Shown here: one piece after another, positions 34,601-47,689 of the stretch
How the letters are laid out: every line of letters begins with the position of its first letter
How positions within the stretch are numbered: the stretch's first letter is position 1
NCBI GenBank assembly: GCA_032718475.1
Contig: JAUCBJ010000465.1
Span: 1-61,008 of the forward strand
Length of the DNA: 61,008 bases
Reading direction: 5' to 3'
Source of the DNA: Nemertoderma westbladi
Lineage: Eukaryota > Animalia > Xenacoelomorpha
The notes under the pieces: generated by a model
What the model was told of the DNA's origin: nothing
Seen by the model: only the letters and a program-made list of their open reading frames with translations
The model's database searches: none
Program-made: the position numbers and the translations under genes

Positions 34601-35024
34601 ATTTATCAATGAATATACGTTAGAGGTTACAGCCCAAACAATTATAACTCTATTGGTTGCAACCCAGATGTGATCCCATTGGTTACTAAAATCCAACCCT
34701 GCTGACTTACATATTGTAGCGACAACTATTATACCTAACAACAGTTACACATACACAGTTTGTTGTTGTTCCATTAGATATCCTAGGTTACTGGATTACA
34801 ATTAATTTGTTGTTGATTAGGTTGATAAATACAACCACCGGCTGAAAGCGCAGAAGAGGCAGTTGGAAGAAACAGAGGATGAGGCAACGCGGCTTAAGAG
34901 AAAATGGCAGAGGAAGTTCGATGACGTTACCGAACAGAATGACAGGTTACAGAGAGAAGTTACAACTCTACGTAACAAAGCTGCAGACACCAGCGACGGT
35001 GGGGACACACCCGACGGTGACTAA
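31620..35024 (+). CDS. Motor-less non-muscle myosin II heavy-chain tail-like coiled-coil protein; exons 31620..31716 (internal ATG 31656), 33298..33545, 33923..34137, 34235..34496, 34821..35024
   Basis: GT-AG introns with matching phases (1,0,2,0) and no stops. ELIAAERQRKAVEDERDELAEE, EKRRLKSKIQHLENDLEEE, LERQNRDL, KEQVDKYNHRLKAQKRQLEETEDEA and REVTTLRNK are collinear with the C-terminal rod of MYH9/MYH10/zipper as I recall it. AATAAA at 35108-35113. Confidence 0.78.
32490..33055 (+). mobile_element. Solo LTR, 566 bp
   Basis: TGT...ACA termini, 5-bp TSD GTCAT (32485-32489, 33056-33060); lies in an intron of the myosin-tail gene. Confidence 0.85.
33316..33520 (+). repeat. Coding 39-bp tandem repeat x5 (MEASSTEAESEAE)
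   Basis: Unit ATGGAGGCTTCTTCTACGGAAGCGGAGAGTGAGGCGGAA, in frame within exon 33298..33545. Confidence 0.92.
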
Positions 35025-38000
35025 GATTAGTTGCCTAGCAACCAGACACACAAACTATTCCCGCACATGGCTGCTCTTATTCTGCTGAAGCTTCATTGGT
35101 TCTGGTTAATAAATTAATTGTTGTGCCTAAAAACCTGTTTTAAACAAATGACCCCACCCATACCAACCTGCTGTCTGTCCCATGTCTAGAATCGGTAGCT
35201 ATTTTTTAGTATTTAATAATGATATCAGTTTGATATTTAGTATTTAATGATATCAGTATAAGTCTGCCAAATGGGGGTATTAATTATATATCGTGTGCAA
35301 ATTAATTAGTTTGGTATTAATTAATAATTGTTATTGGGGTTCTTTATTAATTAATTTGTGCTGGTGTGTCTATTACTTGTGCTTGCGAATTTATGCTGAG
35401 TTTGTAATTAATTAATCCGCTTTCTCATCTAATTATCTAACAATCTTTTAGATGGGCCATAATTTTTGGTTTCTATATTTTAATATTATTATTGTAGGCC
35501 TACAATATTTGCCATAACTTAGCTCAACCATTATTTGATTTCCTGAAACTTAAATTATAACCATTCCTATATTGCATGAAGCTTGTTATAGTGATAGTAT
35601 ATATTTAATTAATTAAACCATCCTAATATCATATTCCACAAATAGAATGAAAATCCAGAAATATCCTAGTGTGGTGCCAGTGTTGTTGTAGGTTTAGAAG
35701 TCTATTGATTTTCGTCTCCTTTGGTATGAATCACATACGTAAAGGTTTTGGTTAATAGCTAAAGAAATTATTGTTAAAAACCAATAATTAGCGACCCAAT
35801 CATTCAATTAAGAGTCCCTATTAGAGCTTGTGACGTCACATCATTATGATTTTTTATAAATAGTTTTCATTAATAACATTCACTGGATGTAAAATGTTAT
35901 TTGTATTGATTTCGGTTTATGATTTAATGATAAATTATCGACTATATTGTGGAATTTGTTTGGTTTCAATTATTTGACGCGATTTTAGGAAATTCAGCGT
36001 TTGAATCATTCCAAGATAGACTATTTATCCGTATTAATAATTGTATTGGCGTAGAAACTTGTGCGGAATTATTTACGCCCCCTAGTGACGCGGTAGCCCA
36101 ACGATTTACTATGCCCAGCTCCATCTAGTGGTATTTTGTTATATTGCCGAATTCTTTGGGTGTGTTTGTGTCCGACGCTAGGCGGATTTTAGCTTAGGTA
36201 TATCAAATAATTTCCACGTACATTGTCTTGTCTCTTTTGTCAGCTATATATGTTATTATAAAATAATTATATTATTATATTTACTATTATATTATTTACA
36301 GTGATTTGAGTATTATAATATTGGATACAGAATGACGTCACTTTAACTTTTTGTTATGTTTATTGAAGGCGCACATCACAATTGGAAAATAAAAGGTTGT
36401 GGAAATATACATTCTGAAAATCGCGAATTCATACAACAAGGGAGACAACCCCCCCCCCCCCCCCCCCCCCATTTTTGCGGTAGCTAATATAATTGTGCTA
36501 CAGCCACGTTTTATTTTCTACCTCTAACAACTATTATAGTCCAAAATTGGGGTCTGGGTTTTACCTGTAAATAAATGAGAAATTTTAAACAGCCACAGGG
36601 AATAAATCTGTCAAAGACAAATTTCTGTGGTAGATTTATGGCTGAAATATAACGACAGGTATAGCTGTACTGTATGTGTCGTCTTCCTTGTGAGGTTATT
36701 TGAAAGGTCGTTACGATAACACTATTTGTAACTAAGTGATGCGTACTTAATTTAGGGCACGTGTTGTAACACTAAGTTACCAATTTAAATGACAATCAAC
36801 TTGTCCTAATTTCAATTATCACAGAAATGTAGGGGATGAGACGTTCGATAGATTTAAAGATATTACTGTATGTTAAGTACCTCGCGAAATGTAACTGATA
36901 AAATAATAAATAGGTTTCGGTGTCCGTTTCACACGACGATGCGAACTCGATCATGTAATCGTGCAACGGGAAAATATATAGTTATTAATTTGTCAGAAGT
37001 TAATTGCTCCACAGACACATACAGATTGCCTCGATTTATAAATCGCACGGATATACGGGGCCTTACTCCTTATATGGTATTACGCAGACTGCCAATTAAT
37101 GAAATTCAAATAAACTATAGAAATTGATGGTTGCACGTATTTACTCAATGGCATTCGAATCTAGGTGTACCTATAATTCCTTGCATAGATCACGAATATC
37201 ATACACACAATGTTCACAAATTTAAACGAAATACCAAATACGTTGTACCAAATATTAAATGTCACACCGCACTTACGTACTAAAGAAGAGTATCCGTTAC
37301 TGTTGATGCCCCACTAGTTCATTCAAGCCGATTGCCTCGATTTACAAGTCGCTCAGATAGACGAGGCCTTACTCCGTGCAAGTTTGTAGGTTTTACACAC
37401 GAAGAGTAACAGGATACTTCAACCTTATCAATAAGGCGTCAACAAAGTAGTACTTGGCCCGTAATATAAAGTAAAACGATCAATCAGAAAACTACGTAGT
37501 TTCAGTCCTACACGTATTAATTCCAGTTTATTCACGAACAAAATCACTAACGTAGGTAAGAACGTCCGAGCGTGCACTCTCATAGAACCTACCTTAAGCT
37601 AGTTGGTTGTTTGATGTTGCAAAGTACCGTACTTTATTTCATCAAAGTAACAAGAGAACGACTATTACTGTCGAGGCATTTAAGACAAGATTAATTTTAC
37701 AGTTCTCAATGGTAATATAAAGTTCGATCGCGTAACCCAATTTCGAAGTTCAAACACCCCACTAGACCTAGTCAGTCGTAAAGTACTAATTGCCTCGGTG
37801 TACCCACGAATCCGTGGGAGCACTTATACAACGGATCGTTACTTTGATACAATAGGTGGGACGTAAAGTACAGTAGATATTGATGGCTGTAAACTGAAAT
37901 TAGGGGGGGATATGTTGTAATATACGTGTAGACAGTTCCGTTTCACTACGTTGTATGCAAGTATTCGTAATTATGACTTATTATGAATTAATAATGAAAC

Positions 38001-38896
38001 ATTTGTGAAAGGTCTAGGTATAGGGTAAGTATACTTATTACTCGTACTATTGAATCGATATTGCTATACATTGATCTTAAATATATTTGTTATGAATGCT
38101 TGTGTTCGTGTTGGTAAATAATATTACAGTGTTGGATGTCATACACACTCAATACGTTTGAACCGTTGTCGCCTGTAGGGCAATACTCGAAGTTAGCAAC
38201 TCACCTATTATGGTGGTAAATAAAACGAGATGTTTCCTTTAAACAATGTTAATACATAATGAGCAACAACGATAATAACAGCAATAATAACAATAAATCA
38301 ATGTTAACTATGTAAGTATGTAAGATAAGCATGTAAAAGGTAAGTAAGTGAAAGTAAGTGAAAGTAAGTAAGTAAGGTAATAGTCTAGACCTCTTAGATC
38401 TTATGAGGTCTATTTACGGGGTTTGAGGGTAATAATATGAAGGTTACGCCTACAAAATGAACTAAATCTAAACTATAAATACAATTGTCACAGAAGGACG
38501 GCCACTGGTAGTAGTAGCCAATGAGGACCCACAAACACGAAAGCAACACTACTCGCTATCTGTAAGCTGAGTGCAGACTTTCTGAGCCGACCAATAGGAG
38601 AAATAGGCAGACTAAATACAAATATCAGATTTACCAGCACGAATAAGTAGTGGGGCTAGCCGTGTATCTGAATAGCTATATTGCTGTACACAACACATAT
38701 TATACAGTAACACTAGCGTTACATAGATTTTGGGGCTTGTGGAGCTGCATCAAAACATACCTACTGTATTTAATGTAAATCTTTTATAAAAAAGTTTTTA
38801 TAAAAAATTCCAGATTATAGTATGAAACTGTCAATACGGTAGGCCTATTACATTTGTATTATATACAATAATAATGTCGCTCCATTCATTTAAATT

Positions 38897-40751
38897 TTTT
38901 TTTTATATAGGGGTGAATAATTAAATTCTAGAATATTAATTTTATAAATATATATCATTATAATTTAATTTATATAGTAAATAACGAATGACTCATTGAT
39001 AACATCACATAAATACAAACTCAGTTAGGTACAGTTCGTAGGTAATCGAATCCATTGATAAATCAATAGTTGGTAAGTTGGGGACTAAATTGGATTTAGT
39101 GGAAGGCTGAGCTGGGGTCGGATGTAGTTGGCTCTAGAGGAGTAGGATCTCGTTGAGGTCTGCCTTGGCTGGTAGGGTACCAAGCACAGCGGTGGCGTTT
39201 CCCCGGACAATGGCCATCGACAACCTCTGGAAGAGAAATGTGGTCGCCCTTGGTTCGGCGGATTTTAGCGAGATGCGGCGGCCGATCTCTCGAAGGATTT
39301 GTGTTCCTTCGCTACCGATATCACCTAGGGTCTCGACAGCAATGGTGGTGAAGTGGTAGTTGTGCTGGAGCTCGGTATATTTTCTTAATTTTGCAGATTC
39401 GGCAGATGCGGCAGCGGCACCTGCTGTAGAGGAAGTGCCTGGAAGGTGGGACGCGGCCAGGGTGTCCCTGCATGTGAAGTCCCACACGAGAGGTTTTCCT
39501 GTGGCCCATGGTGCAAGAGTCATTCCGTCCGGCACCTTACCATCGTGGGACAGACCTCGCGGCTCGAGGGTAGAAACAACTCCTGCAGAGGTTAGGGCAC
39601 GATGGATTATATCATTGGCCTCTGCGTGGCGGGTGAATTTCCCATAATTGTGGATACACGAGAGGCCATGGGTGGCCCATCTGTCTACTAGACCGCCACA
39701 ACCACGGCAGTTATGCTCGACGCTGATAGGGGCTCCGAGACGCAGCGCTACACCTACTCGGAGCTGGTCGTCCTCGAGACGGAGACCAAGAGATGAGATA
39801 GGCATGGCATGGAGCCAGTCGCCTGCATGGTCTGCCACTGAAGCTAGAAGGCGTGCCTTGTGTGATGGGGACTTCGCTCCATCAAGGATTTTCTTTGAGG
39901 CAGTAACATCCAATGGATTGCTCCAGGCTTTCTGGAATATGGGGTTGATAGGTACTTCGTAGTCTGTTGGAAGGGCTCTCAGGCCTTGGTCGAACCAGTG
40001 GTTGGGTGCTTCGATGATCGGTGGTGGAAGAAGGGATTGTAGTAGGGGACCGCATCCTGAGAACGAAGCCAAAAAGGCCGGTATTGAGATGTCCCTCGTA
40101 CTGCTTACCCCAAGGCCACCAAGAGCGATGGGTAGAGAGGCTTGACGCCAAGTGATGTCATCCAGCTGGATATTGAGTGCGATTTCCAGAGCTTTTTTGA
40201 TGGTCTCATCGAAGATGTCAAGCTGTGGTGATGTGAAGCATGGAGCACATCTAAGTGTGTACATTAGCTTCGGGATTGCAAAACAGTGTCTCAGAAGGTA
40301 AAGGGCATCATGTGCAGAAAGTAGATGAAGACGGCTAGCGAAGGTAGATAGTTCAAGGTGTTTCTGCACCAAGACTGTTTCCAAGGCCTTATCACCAAGT
40401 GGTGCACCTAGAAGGATGGATTCTTCGAAATCAAATGGTTTAATGTCTGGGGTGATGGATTGAAATGTGGCGAGGGTGGATTCCTTCAAACTCTTAGGAA
40501 AGTCCTTGTGGAAGATGAGTTCGCATTTAGAGGGTTTGATCGATAGACCCAACTTAGCTGCTTCACTGATGATGGTCTTCAAATTTTCAGCAACTGAAAG
40601 GGCGGACCCACCTAGGGAGCCATCGTCAAGAAACCAAACATTGAAGATACAGTTTAAAGAGTCCACAAACCCGTGGATGTCGGAGCTGAAGAAGAGGGAA
40701 GCCAAAGGATCACCCTGCTGGCTGCCATTGTCGGAGTTAATAATCTCCTTG
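38897..40751 (-). mobile_element. 5'-truncated CRE-clade retrotransposon (duplicated copy; ORF 39134..40759)
   Basis: Same truncation point, TSD and flanks as 25425-27279, so it was copied with the segment rather than inserted independently. Confidence 0.9.
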
Positions 40752-43031
40752 CCATTCATTTAAATTATGTTTATTCCTTTATTATTACGTCACGTGAACG
40801 TGAAGTAAACAAAATTGCACCCTAACACCACGTATGAGTAATTTCAATGAAATGAAATGTAATATAAGTAGATTTGAGAGTCAGGATCAGGGAAGGGGAA
40901 CGGAAAGACAGGCTAGCTAATTAGCAGGGCTGGTAGACGCTAGTGCTATCCACCGTATTCCGCATGATGTGGGGGGCACTAATCAGACACAGACTCAGTC
41001 AATGAGACAGGGGGGGGGGGGGGGGGGACTGAACGCAAATCCCATCTTGGCGAATTAATATCCCGCCTCAATGTTAAATTCTCAATTCATAGGGAAAGGA
41101 GCAGGAGCAGGAGCAGGTTACAGTGGCTCGTTATTTTAACCAAAACAATAAACTAAACACAATAGAACAGGTTACAGTTTTATTTTTGAGAATTATCAGC
41201 TGTTATTTGCGTCGAATTTCCCCTGGAGAGGGATTAATTATTGCGTCGAAAGTCCCCCCTATCTGCAGTCAATACGGCGAATGAATATTAATACTATGTT
41301 GAACTACTGTACAATAACTACAGTAAGTAATACAGTACTTTATCAATTAGCACTTATACAGTAAAGTGTTCTTAAATAAGGATAAAGTTCTTTAGGCCTA
41401 CCCGGTGCCCGGATCTCAGCGAATAAAGAATTTCAACTAAATTCCAGAATGCCAAAGTGCCTTTGGGGAACTGTTAGAATCATTCTACAGTTCCCCAAAA
41501 GCACTCTGGCATTTACGCTGGTGGCTGTTTGCAATTATTTAGGTACCTGGAAAATGCCAAAATGCCAAAGTGCCTTTTGGGAACTAACTATTCCTGTGAC
41601 TTAGCCACACGTCTAAATTTAAACTAAAACATCATGCAGACTGCAAATAATCGAAATTTTAAATGGGTAATTTTTTTTAAAGTTTTATAATATTATTAAT
41701 ATAATTATAATAATTTAATAATTTATAATTGTTAATTAAAAGACAATAGCTCATTCAAATATTAAAAAAAAATTTTCTGAAATTACTATTGCGTGGTGTT
41801 CTGAAAAAAAAATTTGAGGTAGGTATTTTTTTTTTACTAAAAGTCGATTTAAACGCACTGTGATTTACATACGATAACTATTTCATATGAGCACTTTATA
41901 TTGCAGTAGGCTATTATTGTAGAATTTCAAGCTGGTTCCATGTTCTAGTGATAGGCATACTACTACAGTTGTACAGTTGTAGGCCTACTAACTGAACTAA
42001 TATTACTGTATTAACACAGTAACATGCCCAGCTGCCCAGATTTTAATCAGAATCAGAATCCCATTTCAATTTCAATGTCAATATTCCGACAGTCTGACAA
42101 TCCTGCAGTCCGACTGTCCGACATCCGATGATGGATGACTGACAGACTGAATGATAAGCAACGTTAGTACGTCAGTACGTGGATTTCTACAGCTAAAAAC
42201 GACAGAATCCAGCCAGCATCTGGCATACCGGTACCTTCTCAAAAAGACATAATCTGTAAACAGGCTTCGACTTTTACTATTACTGCCTATTGAATATTGA
42301 CAAAAAGCGCGCCACACGGGCCCTGCAGCGGGTCACTACTCAGTCTCTAGACGACTTCAACTTAAACCTTCCCAACACCTACAACCTCCTGTTGGCCCCC
42401 AAATCGACAGTTTCCAGTATCGGTGAGTTACTATTATTTGTATTGTAAACATCGTTTTAGTCCGTATTGCCCCCAAACTGGTCAGAGTAATTGTTTATTT
42501 ATAGTGACAGTTATGATGGTTCTGAGTTTAGTTTTTGTTTTTTAGGGTTTTTATCTGATTTAATTAAATTCAATCTAGCCTGAAGCCTTTCTCACCAAAT
42601 AACAAATATAATATACGAAGCCTATTTCCCAAACTCACCGAATTGCAAACAAAACTCCAGAATAGAAACATCCCATTTTTAGCTTTGTCAGAGAAATGGC
42701 TGGACTCTATTATCCAGAGGAAGAAATACAAATACAAGGGAATTCATTCTGCGTCGCACAAGTTATTGTGATTACTCTGGATTCCCGAATAGACGGGGCG
42801 ACACGGATATTATTTTTTTTAAAAAAATCCACCCACAATTCTCTTATTCCAGACACCCCGACTATTAAGTTTTTCTAAAAAATTTAGTACATTTTTTATT
42901 ATGAGTAAATAAACGTTTATTCTCATAGATAAGGTAACCAGATAAGGTAACACATGGAACAAAATAGCAATATTACATATTAATAATTACCTACTTAAAA
43001 AGAGAGACGGAAATTCGAATTCTGGATGGAC

Positions 43032-43772
43032 TATTTCCACGATTATTCACTTAATAATATTCATTTATTGAATATTTCTTGTACCTCACAACAGAATGCA
43101 CATAATTTAGGTAACTCCGGTAAATTACAATGAAACAGGTTATTTATGGATGTATAATTACTGAAACCAAATTTACAGCGCAGGTCTTTAGTGTAATCAC
43201 AGTGTAATAGCACGTGTTCTTCTTCCTGTACTACACCCAGCTCACATGAACATATGCGGTCGCTTGGCGTACGTGACCACCTTCCTTTTTGCGCTACGTA
43301 GGTTGTGTGAGAATGTACGAAATCTCGTAAAAGCTATCCTCTGGTAATCGGATATGCACAAAGTGCTATTTGAGTAGATTTCGTTCGAGCATAATTGAGG
43401 GTTTATATTTTCACGGTACAATCTAAACTTTGTAGCCGTTGTCGAATTATTAACTACTTTCCACCTTAGTGCCTTTAACGAGTAGGCCTCCACATCTATA
43501 TCGCAGGCAGTACTAAGTAACTGGAACATTTTTATGTTAGAATCCGATGTTAATTTAAATATTTGCTTGATGGGTAACGATTCATCTAATATTCTTGAAT
43601 ATGGTAACCCGCTTTCTAACAGGCATATATCATTCGGGGTAGTTATTCGTACACCTAATAGAGATTTTATTGCTTTCATATACAAAGTGTCTATAATCTT
43701 AAACTTCATATCGATAGTACATAAATCTATATATATCTATATTACATATCGGAATCGCTGTCTTATAAATAG
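43032..43772 (-). mobile_element. Degraded RTE-X-like LINE fragment (duplicated copy)
   Basis: ORF 43242..43709 is almost identical to 29770..30237. Confidence 0.7.
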
Positions 43773-44130
43773 GTCCTACCTATTGCGTCTATCACTTTAA
43801 AATATTCCGTTTTTCCGAGACACTCCATAATCACATTAATCAGTGCTGCAATATTTTCTAAGACCCCTTTACAGGTTATAATATTTCAGTCAGTATCAGT
43901 AATTAATGGTGCTTATTTTATATTTTATGTTTTTTTAGTAATTTAAGTATCAAACCTCACACGTATTAATTTACAATGTCGAATCGAAAATCTTATTTAT
44001 TTACATATATGAATTTAAAACTACAGTAATTAGCAAGTTCTATTGACTAATTATTGCATTAATTACTTCAATTATTCTCGTTTCCAATATTCTCCATTAT
44101 TAATCCACTCCACTCCATTATTTTCTCTAG

Positions 44131-44792
44131 GCGACCAATCTCAACCATCACCTGATGATTCAGACATGCTCGCTTCAGACGATGACGTAACACCCGGAAG
44201 TATGAATAATCCCTTCGACCAACCTGGTCCCTCTGGGATTCAACCCCAGGACATTATAAAAGGAAGCCGCAGCAAAAAGAAACCCTTCGGTTGTGATACT
44301 TGTGATAAAGCGTTCGCATGGAACAGCAACCTAATTCAACACCAACGGGTCCACACTGGCGAGCGTCCTTACCAATGCGGCATCTGCTACGAACGTTTCT
44401 CTCGTCTAAGCCACCTAACCGTGCACAAGCGGAGCCACAGTGGGGAGAGACCGTATAACTGCAATGAGTGCCAGAAACGTTTCCAACAACTAGGCCACCT
44501 AACCAAGCACAAGAGGACGCATTCCGGAGAACGTCCGTACGTGTGCGACACGTGTGGGAAGGAATTTACGGAGAGCTGCAATCTAATGCGCCACAAAAGA
44601 ATTCACACGAAAGATCGACCGTACGTGTGCGAGACGTGCGGGAAGGAATTTACGCAGAGCAGCAATCTACAAACTCATAAGAGATCACATACAGGGGAAC
44701 GACCGTTTAGCTGCGATACATGCGGGAAATGTTTCCTCCACCGACATCATGTAAAGGGCCACAAATGTATCCGCAGCGGGGAGACTCTGTAA
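44131..44792 (+). CDS. C2H2 zinc-finger protein, copy 2: five canonical fingers plus one degenerate finger
   Basis: Acceptor at 44130, in-frame ATG at 44166, TGERP-type linkers, stop at 44792, frameshifted relic of a further finger (NCNVCKKRFS) just after the stop, AATAAA near 44878. Confidence 0.88.
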
Positions 44793-45174
44793 CTGTAATG
44801 TTTGTAAGAAACGTTTCTCAACTTCCATGTATATTGGTAGATATAAGTGTTGTATGAATAATATAATATCATAATCCAATAAATGTCATTTAATTTTAAT
44901 TATTAATCTTCCAACATTTAAGACAAGTCGTACAACACCGTGTAATAATAATAACTTCAATACAGCAATAATACATAAATCACAATTCTAGACCTAACAG
45001 TAGACACCATAGCTCCCTGGTTGCAGTTTAAACTAGTAAACTATATATTAAGACGTTAGTTGTAGATTGAACTGCTACGTGCGCCTTTTGTTATAATGAT
45101 TAATAAAGGTTGTCTAGGGACTGGCCTAGCGGCCCGATAAGGAGCCGATATTGTATTTCATAAAAACTGTCAAT

Positions 45175-45750
45175 TGGTTGCGGTTACCAAGTTACAAATC
45201 TGAGTTTTTGGTTACAAATCTCTTTCTGGATACAAATCTGAGAATCCTGTAACAATTTAGTGTTCTCGGTTACAAATCGAAGCACCTTGGTACGAATCTG
45301 TTCTCACAATTATGATAATGATCAATGAAATGAAATGAAATTGGAGTACCTTGTTACAAATCTTAGTTTATGGTTGTGAATCTGACTTTCTGGTTTCGAA
45401 TCTGAGTTACCATTAATGAATCTGAGAACCTGGTTGGTTACGAATGGGAGTTCCCAGTTACGAATCTCGGTACCTGGTTACAAATCTGTGTTCCCACGTA
45501 AAATCAGTGTTTGGTTACAAAGATGAGCACCCAGTTACGAATTTATGTCTCTGGTTATGATTTGTAGTTACTGGTCACAGATCAGAGCACCCAGTTTTAA
45601 ATCTGAGTTCCAGGTAATAAATTCAACTGCCCAGTTACAAATCTAAGTTGTCAGAAACAAATCCAAGAACCCAGTAACAAATGCCATGAGAATATCAAAA
45701 TATCCAGTAACGAATTCAAGTACTCAATTACAAATCTGAGTGTCAGTTAC
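45175..45750. repeat. Degenerate ~20-bp tandem repeat
   Basis: Recurring core GGTTACAAATCTGAG. Confidence 0.8.
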
Positions 45751-46871
45751 CTTTTTATCAGCCAGCACTACCCCATACTAATACTGTAATTTGCACATGT
45801 TGAGCATTTATTTTATAAAAAAATTTGCAACATGATAGTAAACAAAGTTAACAAACAATGAAAATCTGTTCCTAATAATTATTTAATTAGTTAGGCCAAC
45901 ATATATCCTGTCTAAATCAAAATAATAATACCGAAATAAACCGTGATGCATTTTACTCCACCGTCAATTAATTTAAACAATGAAAAGGAACAAGACAATC
46001 TTTTTAATCTTCTTCTATAATATTTAACGTCCACATCCGCTGTACAACGAATAGGTCATTAAATTACTTTATTATAATAAACCAAATTAAATATAAAGTT
46101 TAAAATTGAAAAAAAAAATCACTCTACGGCATAAAATTAATGTATCAACCAAAATCACGATTGTATAACATCCCGCATAGCAACATAACATATTCAACAA
46201 TAACATAATCAATAACTAAGGGGCGAGCCACGAAGTGAATGAACCTTACAGTTTAGAATGGACAAATTAACATTGTCCCTCTCTCTGCCTGGATCAAATT
46301 TCGGTCGTCAATATCTCATTAACAGCTCGTGTAGTTAGTGTAACGGAATCAGACATTTCGGGATTTCCACCCCCGGGATCCCAAATTTGGGAATCGGGAT
46401 AATTTCGAATTAAATTTTAATTAATTAGATATATGAATATGAAACGGGTTTTGGGTAACTTTATATATCTTTCCAAAATCTTTTCTTCAGAGTTGGCTAT
46501 ACAAAGAGCAATCAATGTTTACCAAAATTAATATATTAAAACATTTTAAGCGTACAGTGCCTATTTGGTCGGTTCTAAAACTGTATGCTTCGGTAAGGTT
46601 AAATGACCTCGTGTGCTCTAACTCCGTACAAGGTGTACTTAATAATTACAATAATAGAATAATACAAACCAACCGCTACCAAATTAATTGGCGAAATAAA
46701 TTACAAACATCATCTACTACCCTAAATCCAAGTTCTATGTGATACTATTTCAGCACCGATTGATATACTGTAAAATAAATGAAGTATAAATAAATAGTGC
46801 ATGCAATATATAGTAATAGTAATTAATCGTTTAATAAATAATTACTTGATTCAGTATATTAAAACCCTTAA

Positions 46872-47686
46872 ACTGGTGGAAACTCATGAGTTTTGGGAGG
46901 GCCAATTCCGCTTGGTGGGAATTTTTATAATGGTAGTATCTGACTTGGTGAGAACTCATATTTGAGTTTATGGACTTGGTAGAGATTATATTTATTCCTA
47001 TTCCTCCTTGGTGAGAGTTTTTATTATATTTATACAGCTCAAAAAAAATAAATAGTATATAATAAAATAGTAATAAATATATAAGTAATAAATAAATAGT
47101 AAATTAAAGAATTGAATGCGGAATTATGTCAGTTTGGAACTCATTAAAAGAATGGCTTGAAAATTATCCGAACAATCTATGAATGTAAAAATGTAAGTGT
47201 TGAAATGTTCTTTATCGAATAAGACTAATTAATAATTATTTTAAAATATATAGCTGCGAATTAGTAAATTAGCGATATACTGCGTAATATATTATATATC
47301 ATCTGAAAGAGGAGAAAATTACCTACATACAGTTTGTTTCGGTGACTTATAACAATGAAACGGCCATTATTTGAAATTTGACAATTTTCCCACGCTTTAC
47401 TACCGTGTTGTTTAGCATCGTCTGGAGTCGATTTAACTACTGTTGTAAAGCTCATCAACAGCACAATACAATGGGCCTGGTGACGTTGACAGAAAAGTCA
47501 ATGCTACCTTCATGACAGCTGATAAACAAAAGTATAGCCGAAACTCATATGTGAGTTGAAACCAAGTCAGAACGGTTTTACTGTAACTCATATGAGTTTT
47601 CACCCAGTCAGAATAGATTGAAGGAAAAGTTCCCACCAAGTAGAACTTACTCTCATTAAACTCATATTTGAGTTTTCACCAAGTGG
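46872..47686. mobile_element. Old MITE-like element with ~110-bp imperfect TIRs
   Basis: TGGTG(G/A)AAACTCA..TGAGTTT and CTTGGTGGGAA motifs occur inverted at both ends. Confidence 0.5.
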
Positions 47687-47689
47687 AGA

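Larger units (their letters stand above)
37666..44542 (+). repeat. Segmental duplication, copy 2
   Basis: Near-identical to 24206-31157. Confidence 0.95.
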
